A stretch of DNA of 64,000 nucleotides from Dehalococcoidia bacterium (GTDB taxonomy: Bacteria; Chloroflexota; Dehalococcoidia; Bin125). A program made the position numbers and the translations under genes. The notes beneath the pieces were generated by a model. That model saw only the letters and a program-made list of their open reading frames with translations. It was not told the origin of the DNA and ran no database searches. Location: assembly GCA_963422755.1 (NCBI GenBank), contig OY730488.1; one strand, 5' to 3'. Positions 12,603 to 21,937 of this stretch are shown one piece after another. Position 1 is the first letter of the stretch; each line of letters opens with the position of its first letter.

Positions 12603-14030
12603 TGTGAGCTCCGACTCTGTCGGTTGATGCCCCCCATAACGAAAATTGCTGAAGGCGGTGGAGATTCGCTTCGGCGTCGGGCTGCGATAGACGCGTTCGA
12701 GCGCGTCAGCGAATTGCAGTGGGGTCCGGTGGATGGCGCGGGCCTGGCCGTTCAGCTCGGCATGTTCGAGCACGTCGTAATAGAGCTCAGCGATGGGCGC
12801 GTCGGCCTCATGCGGATCGCCGCTCCGACGGAAACGCGTGCGTAGTCCGCGCAGACCGGCCATCAGATCTCCCAGCACATCAGCCTCAGCCCAGAGCGAT
12901 TCGCGCTCTTCCTCCAGGCGCGTCTCACGGTTGACCAATCGGCGAAAGAACCAGAAGGCGAGCACGGAAAAGATGATGATCGCCGCGATCGCCCCGAATA
13001 CGCGCGCGACCACGATGCCAGCGGTCGGATCCGCCTCACCCGCCGCTTCGGCCGCTTCTTCCAGCGGGCGTCCGACGCCTTCGCCGATTATCTCGATCTG
13101 CTCTGGCATGGTCGGCGACAGCGCCTCGCGCAGCTGCTCGAACAGCCAGAAGAGGGGCCAGACCGCATACGAAATCCCGGTGATGATCGCGCGCAGCACC
13201 ACCCCGATCACATCGAGCACCGGCTCGACGACGCCGGAACCAGCGACCAGACCGACCACACCAGTGACGAGCAACAGAAAAATAGCCACGCCAACGACGA
13301 GCGCGATCAACGTGGCGGCAATGGATACGCCGGTCTGAGCCGCGCCCAGACCCTGCACCTGGTCGGTGTTGGCGGCGTTCTTCAGGGCGATCGCGAGCAG
13401 CCCAGCGACCACCCACACGATCGCCAGCGCCCGCGTGTGATCCTGAACCCCTGCGTTGTCGGCGAGCGGGAAGCTGATGGCGAGGATGATCAGCCCCGTC
13501 AAGGCGTAGCTGGCGAAGGAGCGCTCCATCAGGTCGGTCGAGCCGAGCGAGACGCCGCGGAACCAGATCGGGATCAACATCAGCGCCGCGAGGAGCTGAT
13601 CGATCTCGCCGGGAACGATCGTCCCGTCTGCGAGCGCGACCTGCTCCCGCCAGACCAGGCTCGACGGTCGGCCCAGCTCCAGCAGCCAGGACATGTCCCA
13701 AATTCGCGCCGACTCGGACAGATCGAGGGAGCCGATCACCTGCAGCGCAATCAGGGTGGCGATGAGGCCGTACCAGAACCGCTGTGCGGTTGAGCGGGCG
13801 GGATTGCCCAGCCAGCGCGAGACGGCAAAGCCCAGCCCGACCGTGCCCGCGACCGCCCAGACTGAGAGCGTTTCGCCAGCGTCATAGGACAGCAGGCGCG
13901 GAAGCAGCTTGGCGAGGATCACCAGGAGGACGATCTCGGCCAACAGCAACGCGCCAATGTAGGCGTATTCGACCCGCCGTCGCGATGATGGTTGCGCCGT
14001 CGGTTGGACAGTCTGCAGCGCTGAGCTCAT
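12558..14030 (-). CDS. polytopic membrane protein with a C-terminal DUF4129-like domain (third gene of the MoxR operon)
   Basis: 490 aa with many TM helices. The C-terminal soluble part contains an R..TP motif (AIHRTPLQFADALERVY) typical of DUF4129. Its start overlaps the DUF58 gene stop (ATGA). Confidence 0.6.
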   Translation of the reverse strand: MSSALQTVQPTAQPSSRRRVEYAYIGALLLAEIVLLVILAKLLPRLLSYDAGETLSVWAVAGTVGLGFAVSRWLGNPARSTAQRFWYGLIATLIALQVIGSLDLSESARIWDMSWLLELGRPSSLVWREQVALADGTIVPGEIDQLLAALMLIPIWFRGVSLGSTDLMERSFASYALTGLIILAISFPLADNAGVQDHTRALAIVWVVAGLLAIALKNAANTDQVQGLGAAQTGVSIAATLIALVVGVAIFLLLVTGVVGLVAGSGVVEPVLDVIGVVLRAIITGISYAVWPLFWLFEQLREALSPTMPEQIEIIGEGVGRPLEEAAEAAGEADPTAGIVVARVFGAIAAIIIFSVLAFWFFRRLVNRETRLEEERESLWAEADVLGDLMAGLRGLRTRFRRSGDPHEADAPIAELYYDVLEHAELNGQARAIHRTPLQFADALERVYRSPTPKRISTAFSNFRYGGHQPTESELTSMRQSWDALKDRPS

Positions 14031-15625
14031 CGCCGCTCATTTCCGCGCGGCCGTGCCCAAGGACTCGCTGGCGCAGACAACGGACCGGGCGACGCCGTGG
14101 TCCCTACAGTGGGCGCCACGGCGGGCGCTGCGCCGTTCGGCGCAGTCCTCGCGGACGGGTCGACGTCCTCAGCGACGTCCTCAGCACTGCGGCCGACGAA
14201 CGTAGGCGGCTCCACCGGGTCCATCGAGCTGCTCGGTTCGGGCGGCCGACGCTGCGCCTCCAGCCGATCGGTGCGCGCCCACGGCCCTGACTCGCCGACA
14301 CGCTCAAAGTGCAATCCGGCGAGCGCCGCGCGGATGTCGAAGACCGTGGACTCGGCAAAGGTCGCGGGCGGGTCATCGATGCCGACGTAGACCAGCGCGA
14401 TCTGGGTTCCATGCCGCTTCAGCCTATGCAGCGACGACTCCAGCGCGGGAGTCAGGACTGCGGTCACGAGCGCCAACGTCGAGCCATAGGTCAGGCGTTC
14501 TTCCGCCAGCATGCGCTCGATCTGCACGAGTGTGAACACGTCGGCCATCGCCAACGCCTCGAGGATGCGGGTCATCTGACCCGGCGCGCGGGAGGGCGGC
14601 ACGCGGATCGCGGTGTCGTGGCCGGGCCAGGTGCAGTTGGCCAGCAGTCCGACCGGTACGCGCTCCTGTGAAAATCCCTGCGCCAGCGAGGCCGCGACCG
14701 ATACCGCGCGCTCGAAAATGTCGCCGAAGAATCCTTGCCAGGCGTGGGGCAGCGTGGAGACGTTCAACGCCACCACGGCAATCAGATCGCTAGAGGGGTC
14801 GTAGACGCGCGACTGCAGCGCCTGACGCCGCGCCGTCGCCTTCCAGTCCACCCGCTTGAGCGGATCGCCGGGGCGGTAATCGCGAATCGTCTGCAGTCGG
14901 GTGGGGTCCTCAAACAACCGATCACCGCCGCGTCGCTCTCCCTGTGGGCGCAGTTGCGGTAGCCCCAGCCGTTCCATTGGGATCACCTCTGGATAGACCC
15001 AGAGCGTGTGCTCGGCCGCGTCGGTCCGCTCGCGTCGGTAGACGCCGAAGAGGTCGCCCGATTTCAGGTCCACCCGCGCGAGTTGGAAGTGTCCACGCGT
15101 GAGCAAAGGAATCTCGAAGCGCCAGATCAGCCGCTCGTACCAGCGCAGCGAGGTGGTGCGCACCACGACCCCTTCGTTTGGCGCGGACTCGTGCAGTTTG
15201 CTGAAGGCCTGGTTCGACGGTTCGAGAATCTCGGGCAGGTTGAGTCGCACCTGCAGGGCAGTGAGCGGCACGAGCTTGCGGTTCTCCAAGCGCAGCGTGA
15301 GACCCAGCGTTTCGCCGACAAAGGCGTGTGTCTGCGCGATCTCGACCCGCGTGTCCAGACGGTGCAGGGCGTAGCGCGTCCAGGTCCAGGCCAGCCAACC
15401 GGCGACCAACACGGTCGCGGCGACCAGGGAGACCACGATCTCGCCGAGCGAGACGCCCAACAGCACGACCAGCACGGTCGCCACCGGCCAGATCGCGCGG
15501 ATCAAGCGGTTGTCGTGTCGGAAGGCCCAGCGACCCGCTTCGATCTGCCGTTCGCGCTCATCACGCCGCGCATCGGCCTCCACTTCGGCCATCATGCCAC
15601 CGCCAAAGCCGCCCATCATGGCCAT
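14027..15625 (-). CDS. DUF58 (vWA-like) domain protein
   Basis: The block IRDYRPGDPLKRVDWKATARRQALQSRVYDPSSDLIAVVALNVS is the DUF58 signature. It has two N-terminal TM helices and a Pro/Ala-rich C-terminal tail. Confidence 0.75.
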   Translation of the reverse strand: MAMMGGFGGGMMAEVEADARRDERERQIEAGRWAFRHDNRLIRAIWPVATVLVVLLGVSLGEIVVSLVAATVLVAGWLAWTWTRYALHRLDTRVEIAQTHAFVGETLGLTLRLENRKLVPLTALQVRLNLPEILEPSNQAFSKLHESAPNEGVVVRTTSLRWYERLIWRFEIPLLTRGHFQLARVDLKSGDLFGVYRRERTDAAEHTLWVYPEVIPMERLGLPQLRPQGERRGGDRLFEDPTRLQTIRDYRPGDPLKRVDWKATARRQALQSRVYDPSSDLIAVVALNVSTLPHAWQGFFGDIFERAVSVAASLAQGFSQERVPVGLLANCTWPGHDTAIRVPPSRAPGQMTRILEALAMADVFTLVQIERMLAEERLTYGSTLALVTAVLTPALESSLHRLKRHGTQIALVYVGIDDPPATFAESTVFDIRAALAGLHFERVGESGPWARTDRLEAQRRPPEPSSSMDPVEPPTFVGRSAEDVAEDVDPSARTAPNGAAPAVAPTVGTTASPGPLSAPASPWARPRGNERR

Positions 15626-15670
15626 GCGACGCCTCGCCTCCAGCAGTTCGCGCGGTCAGGGCGCGGGGGC

Positions 15671-16654
15671 TCAGTCGCCGACGGCCGCGGCTTCGATCGG
15701 CACCGGGACACGGTTCAACATCTGCTCGAGCAGCGACTCGGGCGTGGACGATCGCAAGCGCGCGTCCGCCGAGAGCATCAGGCGGTGCGGCAGCACGACG
15801 CGGACCATTTCCTGCACATCGTCAGGCAGGACGAAATCGCGGCCGCGAATCGCCGCCAGCGCGCGGGTCGTCCGCAGCAAGGCGAGCGAGGCGCGCGGCG
15901 AGGCGCCCAGTTCGAACGCCTGCTCCTCACGCGAGGCCTGTACGATCGCGACGATGTAGCCGCGCACCGCGTCCGACACCCGCACTTGCTCGACGGTTAG
16001 CACCATCTGCCGCAGCCGCTCCGACTCGACGACCGGTTCCAACTCCTCCAACGGCTGGGCGCGCTCGAATCGCCGTAGGATGGCGTCCTCTTCCGCCGCG
16101 TCGGGGTAGCCCATCCGCAGCCGCAGCAGGAAACGATCGAGCTGCGCCTCGGGCAACGGGAACGTGCCTTCGAGTTCGACCGGGTTCTGCGTCGCGATGA
16201 CGAGGAACGGACGAGGCATTGGCATCGTCTCACCCTCGACCGTAAGTTGGCGCTCTTCCATCGCTTCGAGCAATGCGGCTTGCGTGCGCGGCGAGGCGCG
16301 GTTGATCTCGTCGGCCAGCACCAGTTGCGCGAGCAGCGGTCCGGCACGGAACTCAAACTCGCCCGACTGCTGGTTGTAGATGTTGACGCCGGTCACGTCC
16401 GAGGGGAGCAGATCGGGCGTGAACTGGATGCGCCGAAAGGAACAGCCAATCGAGCGGGCGAACGACTTGGCCAGCATCGTCTTGCCCAGCCCCGGCACAT
16501 CGTCGAGCAGGATGTGCCCTTCGGACAGAATCGCGGCCAGGGCATAGTCGAGCACTTGTTCGCGTCCGACGATGACGCGTCCGACGTTGTCGCGTACGCG
16601 CGCGGCCGCGTCGGCCACATCAGGCAAGGTGGGCAGAGGATGAGCAGTGGTCAT
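15671..16654 (-). CDS. MoxR-family AAA+ ATPase
   Basis: 327 aa with the Walker A motif LLDDVPGLGKTMLAKSFARS, and typical MoxR length and blocks. Confidence 0.9.
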   Translation of the reverse strand: MTTAHPLPTLPDVADAAARVRDNVGRVIVGREQVLDYALAAILSEGHILLDDVPGLGKTMLAKSFARSIGCSFRRIQFTPDLLPSDVTGVNIYNQQSGEFEFRAGPLLAQLVLADEINRASPRTQAALLEAMEERQLTVEGETMPMPRPFLVIATQNPVELEGTFPLPEAQLDRFLLRLRMGYPDAAEEDAILRRFERAQPLEELEPVVESERLRQMVLTVEQVRVSDAVRGYIVAIVQASREEQAFELGASPRASLALLRTTRALAAIRGRDFVLPDDVQEMVRVVLPHRLMLSADARLRSSTPESLLEQMLNRVPVPIEAAAVGD

Positions 16655-16748
16655 TGGGACAGGCTACCAGCAGTGCTTGCGGCACACGACAACTACCATT
16701 TCTAAGGTTCTGAGACCAAACGAGACAGCGAGCAGCGGGGAGTACACC

Positions 16749-18014
16749 ATGCGTGCGGAGATCATCTCGATCGGCACCGAGATTCTGATGGGCGAAATTC
16801 TCGACACCAACGCCAACTACATGGCGCAGCGGCTGCCGTCGATGGGCATCGACCTGTTCTTCATGCACCAGATCGGTGATAACCAGGAACGCCTCGTTGA
16901 GTTGATCCGCACCGCAACCGCCCGCTCCGACGTGGTGATCCTGACCGGCGGTCTCGGTCCGACGGAGGACGACATCACCCGCGACGCGATCGCCGAGTCG
17001 ATCGGCGAGCAGGCCTACGTGGTGCCTGAACTCGAAGCGCACCTGCGTAACTTCTTCGAGCGCCGCGGCGGCCAGATGCCAGCGCAGAACATCAAGCAGG
17101 CCACGATCATTCCGTCGGGCGAGTCGATCCCGAATCCGCGCGGCACCGCGCCCGGCTGGTGGGTCGACACGAACCAGACCATCATCGTCGCGATGCCCGG
17201 TCCGCCGGCGGAGATGACAGGGATGTGGGAACACGAGGTCGCGCCGCGATTGCGAGCGCGTTCGGATGGCAGCGTCCTAATCTCCCGAACGCTCAAGACG
17301 AGTGGCCTCGGCGAGTCGATGCTCGACGAACTGCTCGGCGATTTACGTCACCAGCCCGACCCCACCGTCGGCGTCTACCACAAGGCCGATGGCGTTCATG
17401 TGCGGCTAGCTTCGAAGGCGATGCACGCAGATGTCGCCCGCGAGCGCATCGCGCCGGTCGAGCGGCAGATCCGCTCCATGCTCGGTGACGCCATCTGGGG
17501 CGCCGATGCGGATACGTTCCAGGAAGCGGTTGGCGGTCTGCTCAAGGAGCGCGGCCTGACCATCGCCGTCATGGAGTCCTGCACGGGTGGCCTGCTGGCG
17601 AGCACGATCACTGACGTGCCCGGCGCCAGCGCCTACTTCCGTGGCGGGTTGGTTAGCTACACCGCGGATGCGAAGATCCAGTACGGAGTCGACGCCACTG
17701 TGATCGATCAACACGGCGTGGTCTCGAACGAAACCGCCACGGCGATGGCCAGCGCGGCACGGCGTCAGTTCGATGCCGACATCGGCGTGGGCATCACCGG
17801 CGTTGCCGGTCCCGAGCCACACGGCGGTCAGCCGGTGGGCGCGGTCTGTTTGGGCATCGAGACGCAGCGCGAGAGCTATGCGACGGGTTACACCTTCGCG
17901 CAGACTCGCGCGGCGATCAAAGCGCGCGCTGTGACATCCGCGCTCACCCTGATTCGCCGCGCCGCGCTGGGCGAGCTGATGACGGGTTCCTCAGGCGTCT
18001 ACCGGCGTCTGTAG
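16749..18014 (+). CDS. cinA: CinA (competence/damage-inducible) protein; MoCF-binding-like N-domain plus C-terminal CinA/PncC deamidase domain
   Basis: Opens MRAEIISIGTEILMGEILDTNANYMAQRL, the canonical CinA N-terminus. The C-terminal CinA domain reads LKERGLTIAVMESCTGGLLA. Confidence 0.85.
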   Translation: MRAEIISIGTEILMGEILDTNANYMAQRLPSMGIDLFFMHQIGDNQERLVELIRTATARSDVVILTGGLGPTEDDITRDAIAESIGEQAYVVPELEAHLRNFFERRGGQMPAQNIKQATIIPSGESIPNPRGTAPGWWVDTNQTIIVAMPGPPAEMTGMWEHEVAPRLRARSDGSVLISRTLKTSGLGESMLDELLGDLRHQPDPTVGVYHKADGVHVRLASKAMHADVARERIAPVERQIRSMLGDAIWGADADTFQEAVGGLLKERGLTIAVMESCTGGLLASTITDVPGASAYFRGGLVSYTADAKIQYGVDATVIDQHGVVSNETATAMASAARRQFDADIGVGITGVAGPEPHGGQPVGAVCLGIETQRESYATGYTFAQTRAAIKARAVTSALTLIRRAALGELMTGSSGVYRRL

Positions 18015-18050
18015 TGGGCGCATCGAGCGTAAGCGGCTGCGGTCAGGCGC

Positions 18051-19070
18051 TCAACCCAACCGGATCATCATCAATCCGTCGAGCTCGACCTCCGCCGCCT
18101 CCCCCCGCACGACGAGGGCGTCGATGTGACCAGTGATTTCCGCCATGGCCTGCCACAGACGGCGGTCTGGCAGCCGCTTGAACATCTTCGCGAGCAGGTC
18201 GTATGCGGTATGCGGGCCGTCGCTGAGCAGCTCCAACAGTTGACCCTGTCGCTTGCGGTGATGACGGCGCACCCGTTCAATCTCCCCCGCCACATCGCCC
18301 GACGGTTCGCGGTGACCGGGATACAGGTAGCTCGGACCCAGCTGCTCGATGCGATCGAGGGAGTTGGCGAACGCGGGCAGGCTACGAAAGCGCTGCGGGG
18401 GCTCAGCGTCAAGATCCCAGTGCCAGCCGGGATTGGAGTTGAGACCGGGAATGATCTGGTCGCCGCTGAACAAGACGCCGGTATCGGGTTCGTAGAAGAC
18501 GCAGTTGCCCGGCGTGTGACCCGGCGCTGAGACCAGCCGCACACAGCGATCACCCAGCCGAATTGCTGCCCCGTCATCGAGCGCCAGGTCGGCGCGAAAC
18601 GGCGTCCCTCGAATCAGGCCGGGCCAGCGTTCGCGGCGCACACCGCCGCCCGTGTTGTCACCCGAGCGGAACGCGCGCCGCATCGTCTCGCGCGATTCGA
18701 TAAAGCCGCTGATCCGTTCCTCCGGTACGCCGACGCGGCGCATGTGCTCGAAGACATACTGCGTCTGGTAGCCGATGATGTTGCGCCCATGCAAGAACGA
18801 CTGCGCCTCAAGCGCCGACGCCGCGACCGCCACGCCGGCCTCCTGCCAGCGAAAGGCGAGTCCACAGTGGTCGATGTGCGCGTGCGTCACCGCGATGTAC
18901 TTGACGTCGGCGATGTCGAGGCCGGCTGCGCCGAGCTGTGCCGCGAGCACGTCCCAGGCGCCGTCGTAATCGGGACCAGCGTCAATCATGATGATCCCGT
19001 CCGAGCTCGGCAAGGCGTAGGCCCAGTTGTCGCCCAGCGCAATCGGCAGGACGCCGTGCTCGGTGATCAT
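18051..19070 (-). CDS. MBL-fold metallo-hydrolase
   Basis: Contains the motif HAHIDHCG (HxHxDH). The likely start is MITEHGVLPIAL at 19070. The 391-aa track ORF adds a low-complexity extension that overlaps the flotillin gene. Confidence 0.75.
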   Translation of the reverse strand: MITEHGVLPIALGDNWAYALPSSDGIIMIDAGPDYDGAWDVLAAQLGAAGLDIADVKYIAVTHAHIDHCGLAFRWQEAGVAVAASALEAQSFLHGRNIIGYQTQYVFEHMRRVGVPEERISGFIESRETMRRAFRSGDNTGGGVRRERWPGLIRGTPFRADLALDDGAAIRLGDRCVRLVSAPGHTPGNCVFYEPDTGVLFSGDQIIPGLNSNPGWHWDLDAEPPQRFRSLPAFANSLDRIEQLGPSYLYPGHREPSGDVAGEIERVRRHHRKRQGQLLELLSDGPHTAYDLLAKMFKRLPDRRLWQAMAEITGHIDALVVRGEAAEVELDGLMMIRLG

Positions 19071-19086
19071 GGAAGCGGGCACGACG

Positions 19087-20481
19087 CTAGGCCTGCGGCG
19101 CTTCGGATTGCCCCGACTGCGGCTGCTGATCCGCGTCGCCCGGGGCATCCGCGCGGCGGGTCGTAGATTCAAGCCCAGGAATGTTCTTGATGCTGCCCAC
19201 GATGTCGATCCCGGTGAGCGACTCAATCACCTCTGGCACCTGAGCGACGGTGCGGGTGATATCGCGCGTCAGTTTGCTGGCGCCGGTACCGCTGTCGCCC
19301 CCGCCGAACATGACGATTCGGTCGGTGCGGGCCAGGGGCTGGGCGACCGCTTCCGCGACGGCGGGCAAAGTCTCGAGCACCTGCTGAATGACTGCAGCTT
19401 CACCGTACTGCTTCCAGGCCTCGGCTTTGAGTTGCATCGCGGCGGCCTCGGCCGCGCCCTTGGCCTCAATCGCCTCGGCTTCCGCTTGACCGGTCAGTTT
19501 GATCACTTCCGCCTGCGCCTCGCCCTGCCGACGGGTGGCTTCCGCATCGGCGGTCGCCTGGGCGACGACCGCATTGCGATCGCCTTCCGCGATCGTCTCG
19601 AGTCGATAGCGTTCAGCCTCAGCCGGCTTGCGCACCGTCGCCTCGAGTTCGCGCTCGCGGCGCTGAATTTCCTGCTCCTGCAGCTCGATCTGTTTGGCTC
19701 GCTCGACCACTTCGATCTGTACTTCCTCGCGCCGGATCTCCTGTCGCGTCTTGGCGCGCTGCAGTTCGTCGGCGAGGGCCGCTTCGGCGCGGCGCGCGTT
19801 GACCTCCTGGTCGTACGCGGCCTTCTGGACATTGAAGCTGCGCTCCGACTCGGCGATGCGGGTTTCCGCCTCAAACGTGGCGGACTGTTGTTCTCGCTTG
19901 GCCTCGGCCGAGCGAATGCCGGCGTCTCGCTCGGCCTCCGCCTGACCGATCGTGGCGTCGCGGCGGACTTCCGCCGTTCGGCGCACACCGAGCGCATCGA
20001 GGTAGCCGCCAGGGTCCTTGATGTCGCGGATCGTGAACGAGACGATCTCCATCCCCATCCCAGCGAGGTCCGGCGATGCCACCGTTCGCACCTGAGCGGC
20101 GAACTTCTCCCGATCGCTGTAAATCTCTTCGACCGTCAAGGCGCCCAGAATGGCGCGCTGATGGCCCTCGAGCGTTTGCTGCGGCACATCCATCACTTCC
20201 ATCTCATTCTTACCCAGAAACTGCTGCGCCGCAGTGCGAATCGCTGTTTCCGCGCGCGCCACCTTGACCTGCGCGACGCCATCGACCGAGACTGCCACGC
20301 CTTCGCCGGTGTAGACGTTCTCGGTCTTCACGTGCAGCGTCATCACGCTCAACGGCAAGCGCTGCGCGCGATGGAAGATCGGCAGGACGACCGTCCGCCC
20401 ACCCACGACGACTTTCGGTTCTTGGCCGCCGCCCGAGCGGACCAGGGCCTCGTTCGGACCGACCGTTTGAATAACACCCAT
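19087..20481 (-). CDS. flotillin-like SPFH/band-7 protein
   Basis: 464 aa with an SPFH domain followed by a long EA-repeat coiled-coil (AEAERDAGIRSAEAKREQQ...), as in FloT/YuaG. Confidence 0.85.
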   Translation of the reverse strand: MGVIQTVGPNEALVRSGGGQEPKVVVGGRTVVLPIFHRAQRLPLSVMTLHVKTENVYTGEGVAVSVDGVAQVKVARAETAIRTAAQQFLGKNEMEVMDVPQQTLEGHQRAILGALTVEEIYSDREKFAAQVRTVASPDLAGMGMEIVSFTIRDIKDPGGYLDALGVRRTAEVRRDATIGQAEAERDAGIRSAEAKREQQSATFEAETRIAESERSFNVQKAAYDQEVNARRAEAALADELQRAKTRQEIRREEVQIEVVERAKQIELQEQEIQRRERELEATVRKPAEAERYRLETIAEGDRNAVVAQATADAEATRRQGEAQAEVIKLTGQAEAEAIEAKGAAEAAAMQLKAEAWKQYGEAAVIQQVLETLPAVAEAVAQPLARTDRIVMFGGGDSGTGASKLTRDITRTVAQVPEVIESLTGIDIVGSIKNIPGLESTTRRADAPGDADQQPQSGQSEAPQA

Positions 20482-20482
20482 C

Positions 20483-21937
20483 TCAGTACCTCCTTCGTTG
20501 TTGGAGCAGATGCGCCAGTGAGAGATTGGCCATGCGATCTCGCCATGGCCGTCGCCTCAGTTCAGCCGATGCCCCACTTGGCTCGACGACCGTGAGCACG
20601 CCGCCGGCGTAGACGCCGGTCACCACAACCGTTGAGCCTGCAGCGATATCCCGACCCGCGGTGGTGGCGATGTAGCGCTCACCGGCGACGGCGATCGCGC
20701 CGCTTGGATTGAGGATATCGACGACAGTACCGCGTTGGGCGATGAGGCGTCGCTCGTGCTCGGGGATAAAGGCCTCGGACTTGCCACCGCCGCGCCCCAT
20801 GATCCAGAACAAAGCAATCACCGCAACCGTGAGCGTCGCGAAGAGCGCCAGCACCCAGCGAGAGATTTCGAGTGGGTCGTCAAGCGCGGTCGGCTCGGGG
20901 AAGATTTCGCCAAAGAGCAGGAATCCCGCGAAGAGCCAACAGATCACCGCGCCAATCCCAGCCCAGCCAAACCCGTCGAGCTGCGACTCGAGCAGTAGCA
21001 AGAGGATGCCAGCAACGAGTAGCGCGACCCCAGTGAAATTGACTGGCAGCAGCCCAATCCCGGCGAAGCCGAGCACCAGACCGAGCACACCGATCACACC
21101 CGGTCCAAAGTTTCCGGGATCGCGGATTTCATAGATCAGGCCGTAGGTGCCGATCAGGATCAGCGCGTACGTCACGTTCGGGTTGGTCAAGATGTCCAGG
21201 AACCGCTCTACCATCGAGCGTCCGACCTCGTCGACCTGCGCGCCGACCGTACGCAACGTCCGCGGTCCGTCCAGCATTTCGACCGTTGCGCCATTAATTC
21301 GGTTGAGCAGTGAGTCCAGGTCACCGGCGACGTGATCGATCACATTGAGTTGCAGCGCCTCGTCAGCGCTGTAGGCCTTGGCCTCCAGCACGGTGCGTTC
21401 AATCGCCTCATAGTCGCGGCCACGCGCGGCGGCGATGCTGCGGATCAGCGCGGTGATGTCCTCATCGACCTTCTTGCGCAAGGTGGGCGGCAGGTCTTCG
21501 CCCGTACCGGTCACCGGCGCCGCGGCGCCGATGTTGGTGGCAGGCGCCATCGCCGCGATGTGAGCAGCGATGGCCACAATCGTACCGGCCGAGGCGGCCT
21601 GCGCGCCTGAGGGCCAGACATAGGCAATAGTCGGCGTCGAGGCATTGAGCAGCTGCTCAGCGAGGTTACGCATCGAGCTGATGTAACCGCCCGGCGTGTT
21701 GATGCGGATCACGACCGCTGCGGCCTGGCGAGCCTCAGCCCGTTCGAGCACCCGCTTGAGGTAACGCTCTGTGATCGGCTCGATGGCTCCGTCCATGTTC
21801 ATCACCAGCACCAGCGGCGGTTCGTCGGATTGAGCGACCGCGGCGTGAGGCGGCAGCAGGGCGCGAGCGCCGAACAGGGAGAGGGCGCCGAACAGGACGA
21901 CAGCCCACAACCAGCGCATACTGCCCTGTTCCCTCAA
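20483..21937 (-). CDS. NfeD-family membrane-bound ClpP-class protease
   Basis: Signal/TM at the N-terminus, a ClpP-like block (INTPGGYISSMRNLAEQL...AASAGTIVAIA), several TM helices, and a C-terminal OB/NfeD beta domain. It is immediately upstream of flotillin. Confidence 0.8.
   Translation of the reverse strand: MREQGSMRWLWAVVLFGALSLFGARALLPPHAAVAQSDEPPLVLVMNMDGAIEPITERYLKRVLERAEARQAAAVVIRINTPGGYISSMRNLAEQLLNASTPTIAYVWPSGAQAASAGTIVAIAAHIAAMAPATNIGAAAPVTGTGEDLPPTLRKKVDEDITALIRSIAAARGRDYEAIERTVLEAKAYSADEALQLNVIDHVAGDLDSLLNRINGATVEMLDGPRTLRTVGAQVDEVGRSMVERFLDILTNPNVTYALILIGTYGLIYEIRDPGNFGPGVIGVLGLVLGFAGIGLLPVNFTGVALLVAGILLLLLESQLDGFGWAGIGAVICWLFAGFLLFGEIFPEPTALDDPLEISRWVLALFATLTVAVIALFWIMGRGGGKSEAFIPEHERRLIAQRGTVVDILNPSGAIAVAGERYIATTAGRDIAAGSTVVVTGVYAGGVLTVVEPSGASAELRRRPWRDRMANLSLAHLLQQRRRY

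Noticed and set aside
15008-16200. plus-strand ORFs of 330 and 290 aa (the 290-aa one extremely Arg/Pro/Ala-rich)
   Set aside because: Antisense to the DUF58 and MoxR genes; compositional artifacts of GC-rich antisense frames.
19027-20595. 522-aa plus-strand ORF
   Set aside because: Antisense to the flotillin gene. It mirrors the coiled-coil repeats as Leu/Arg-rich nonsense.
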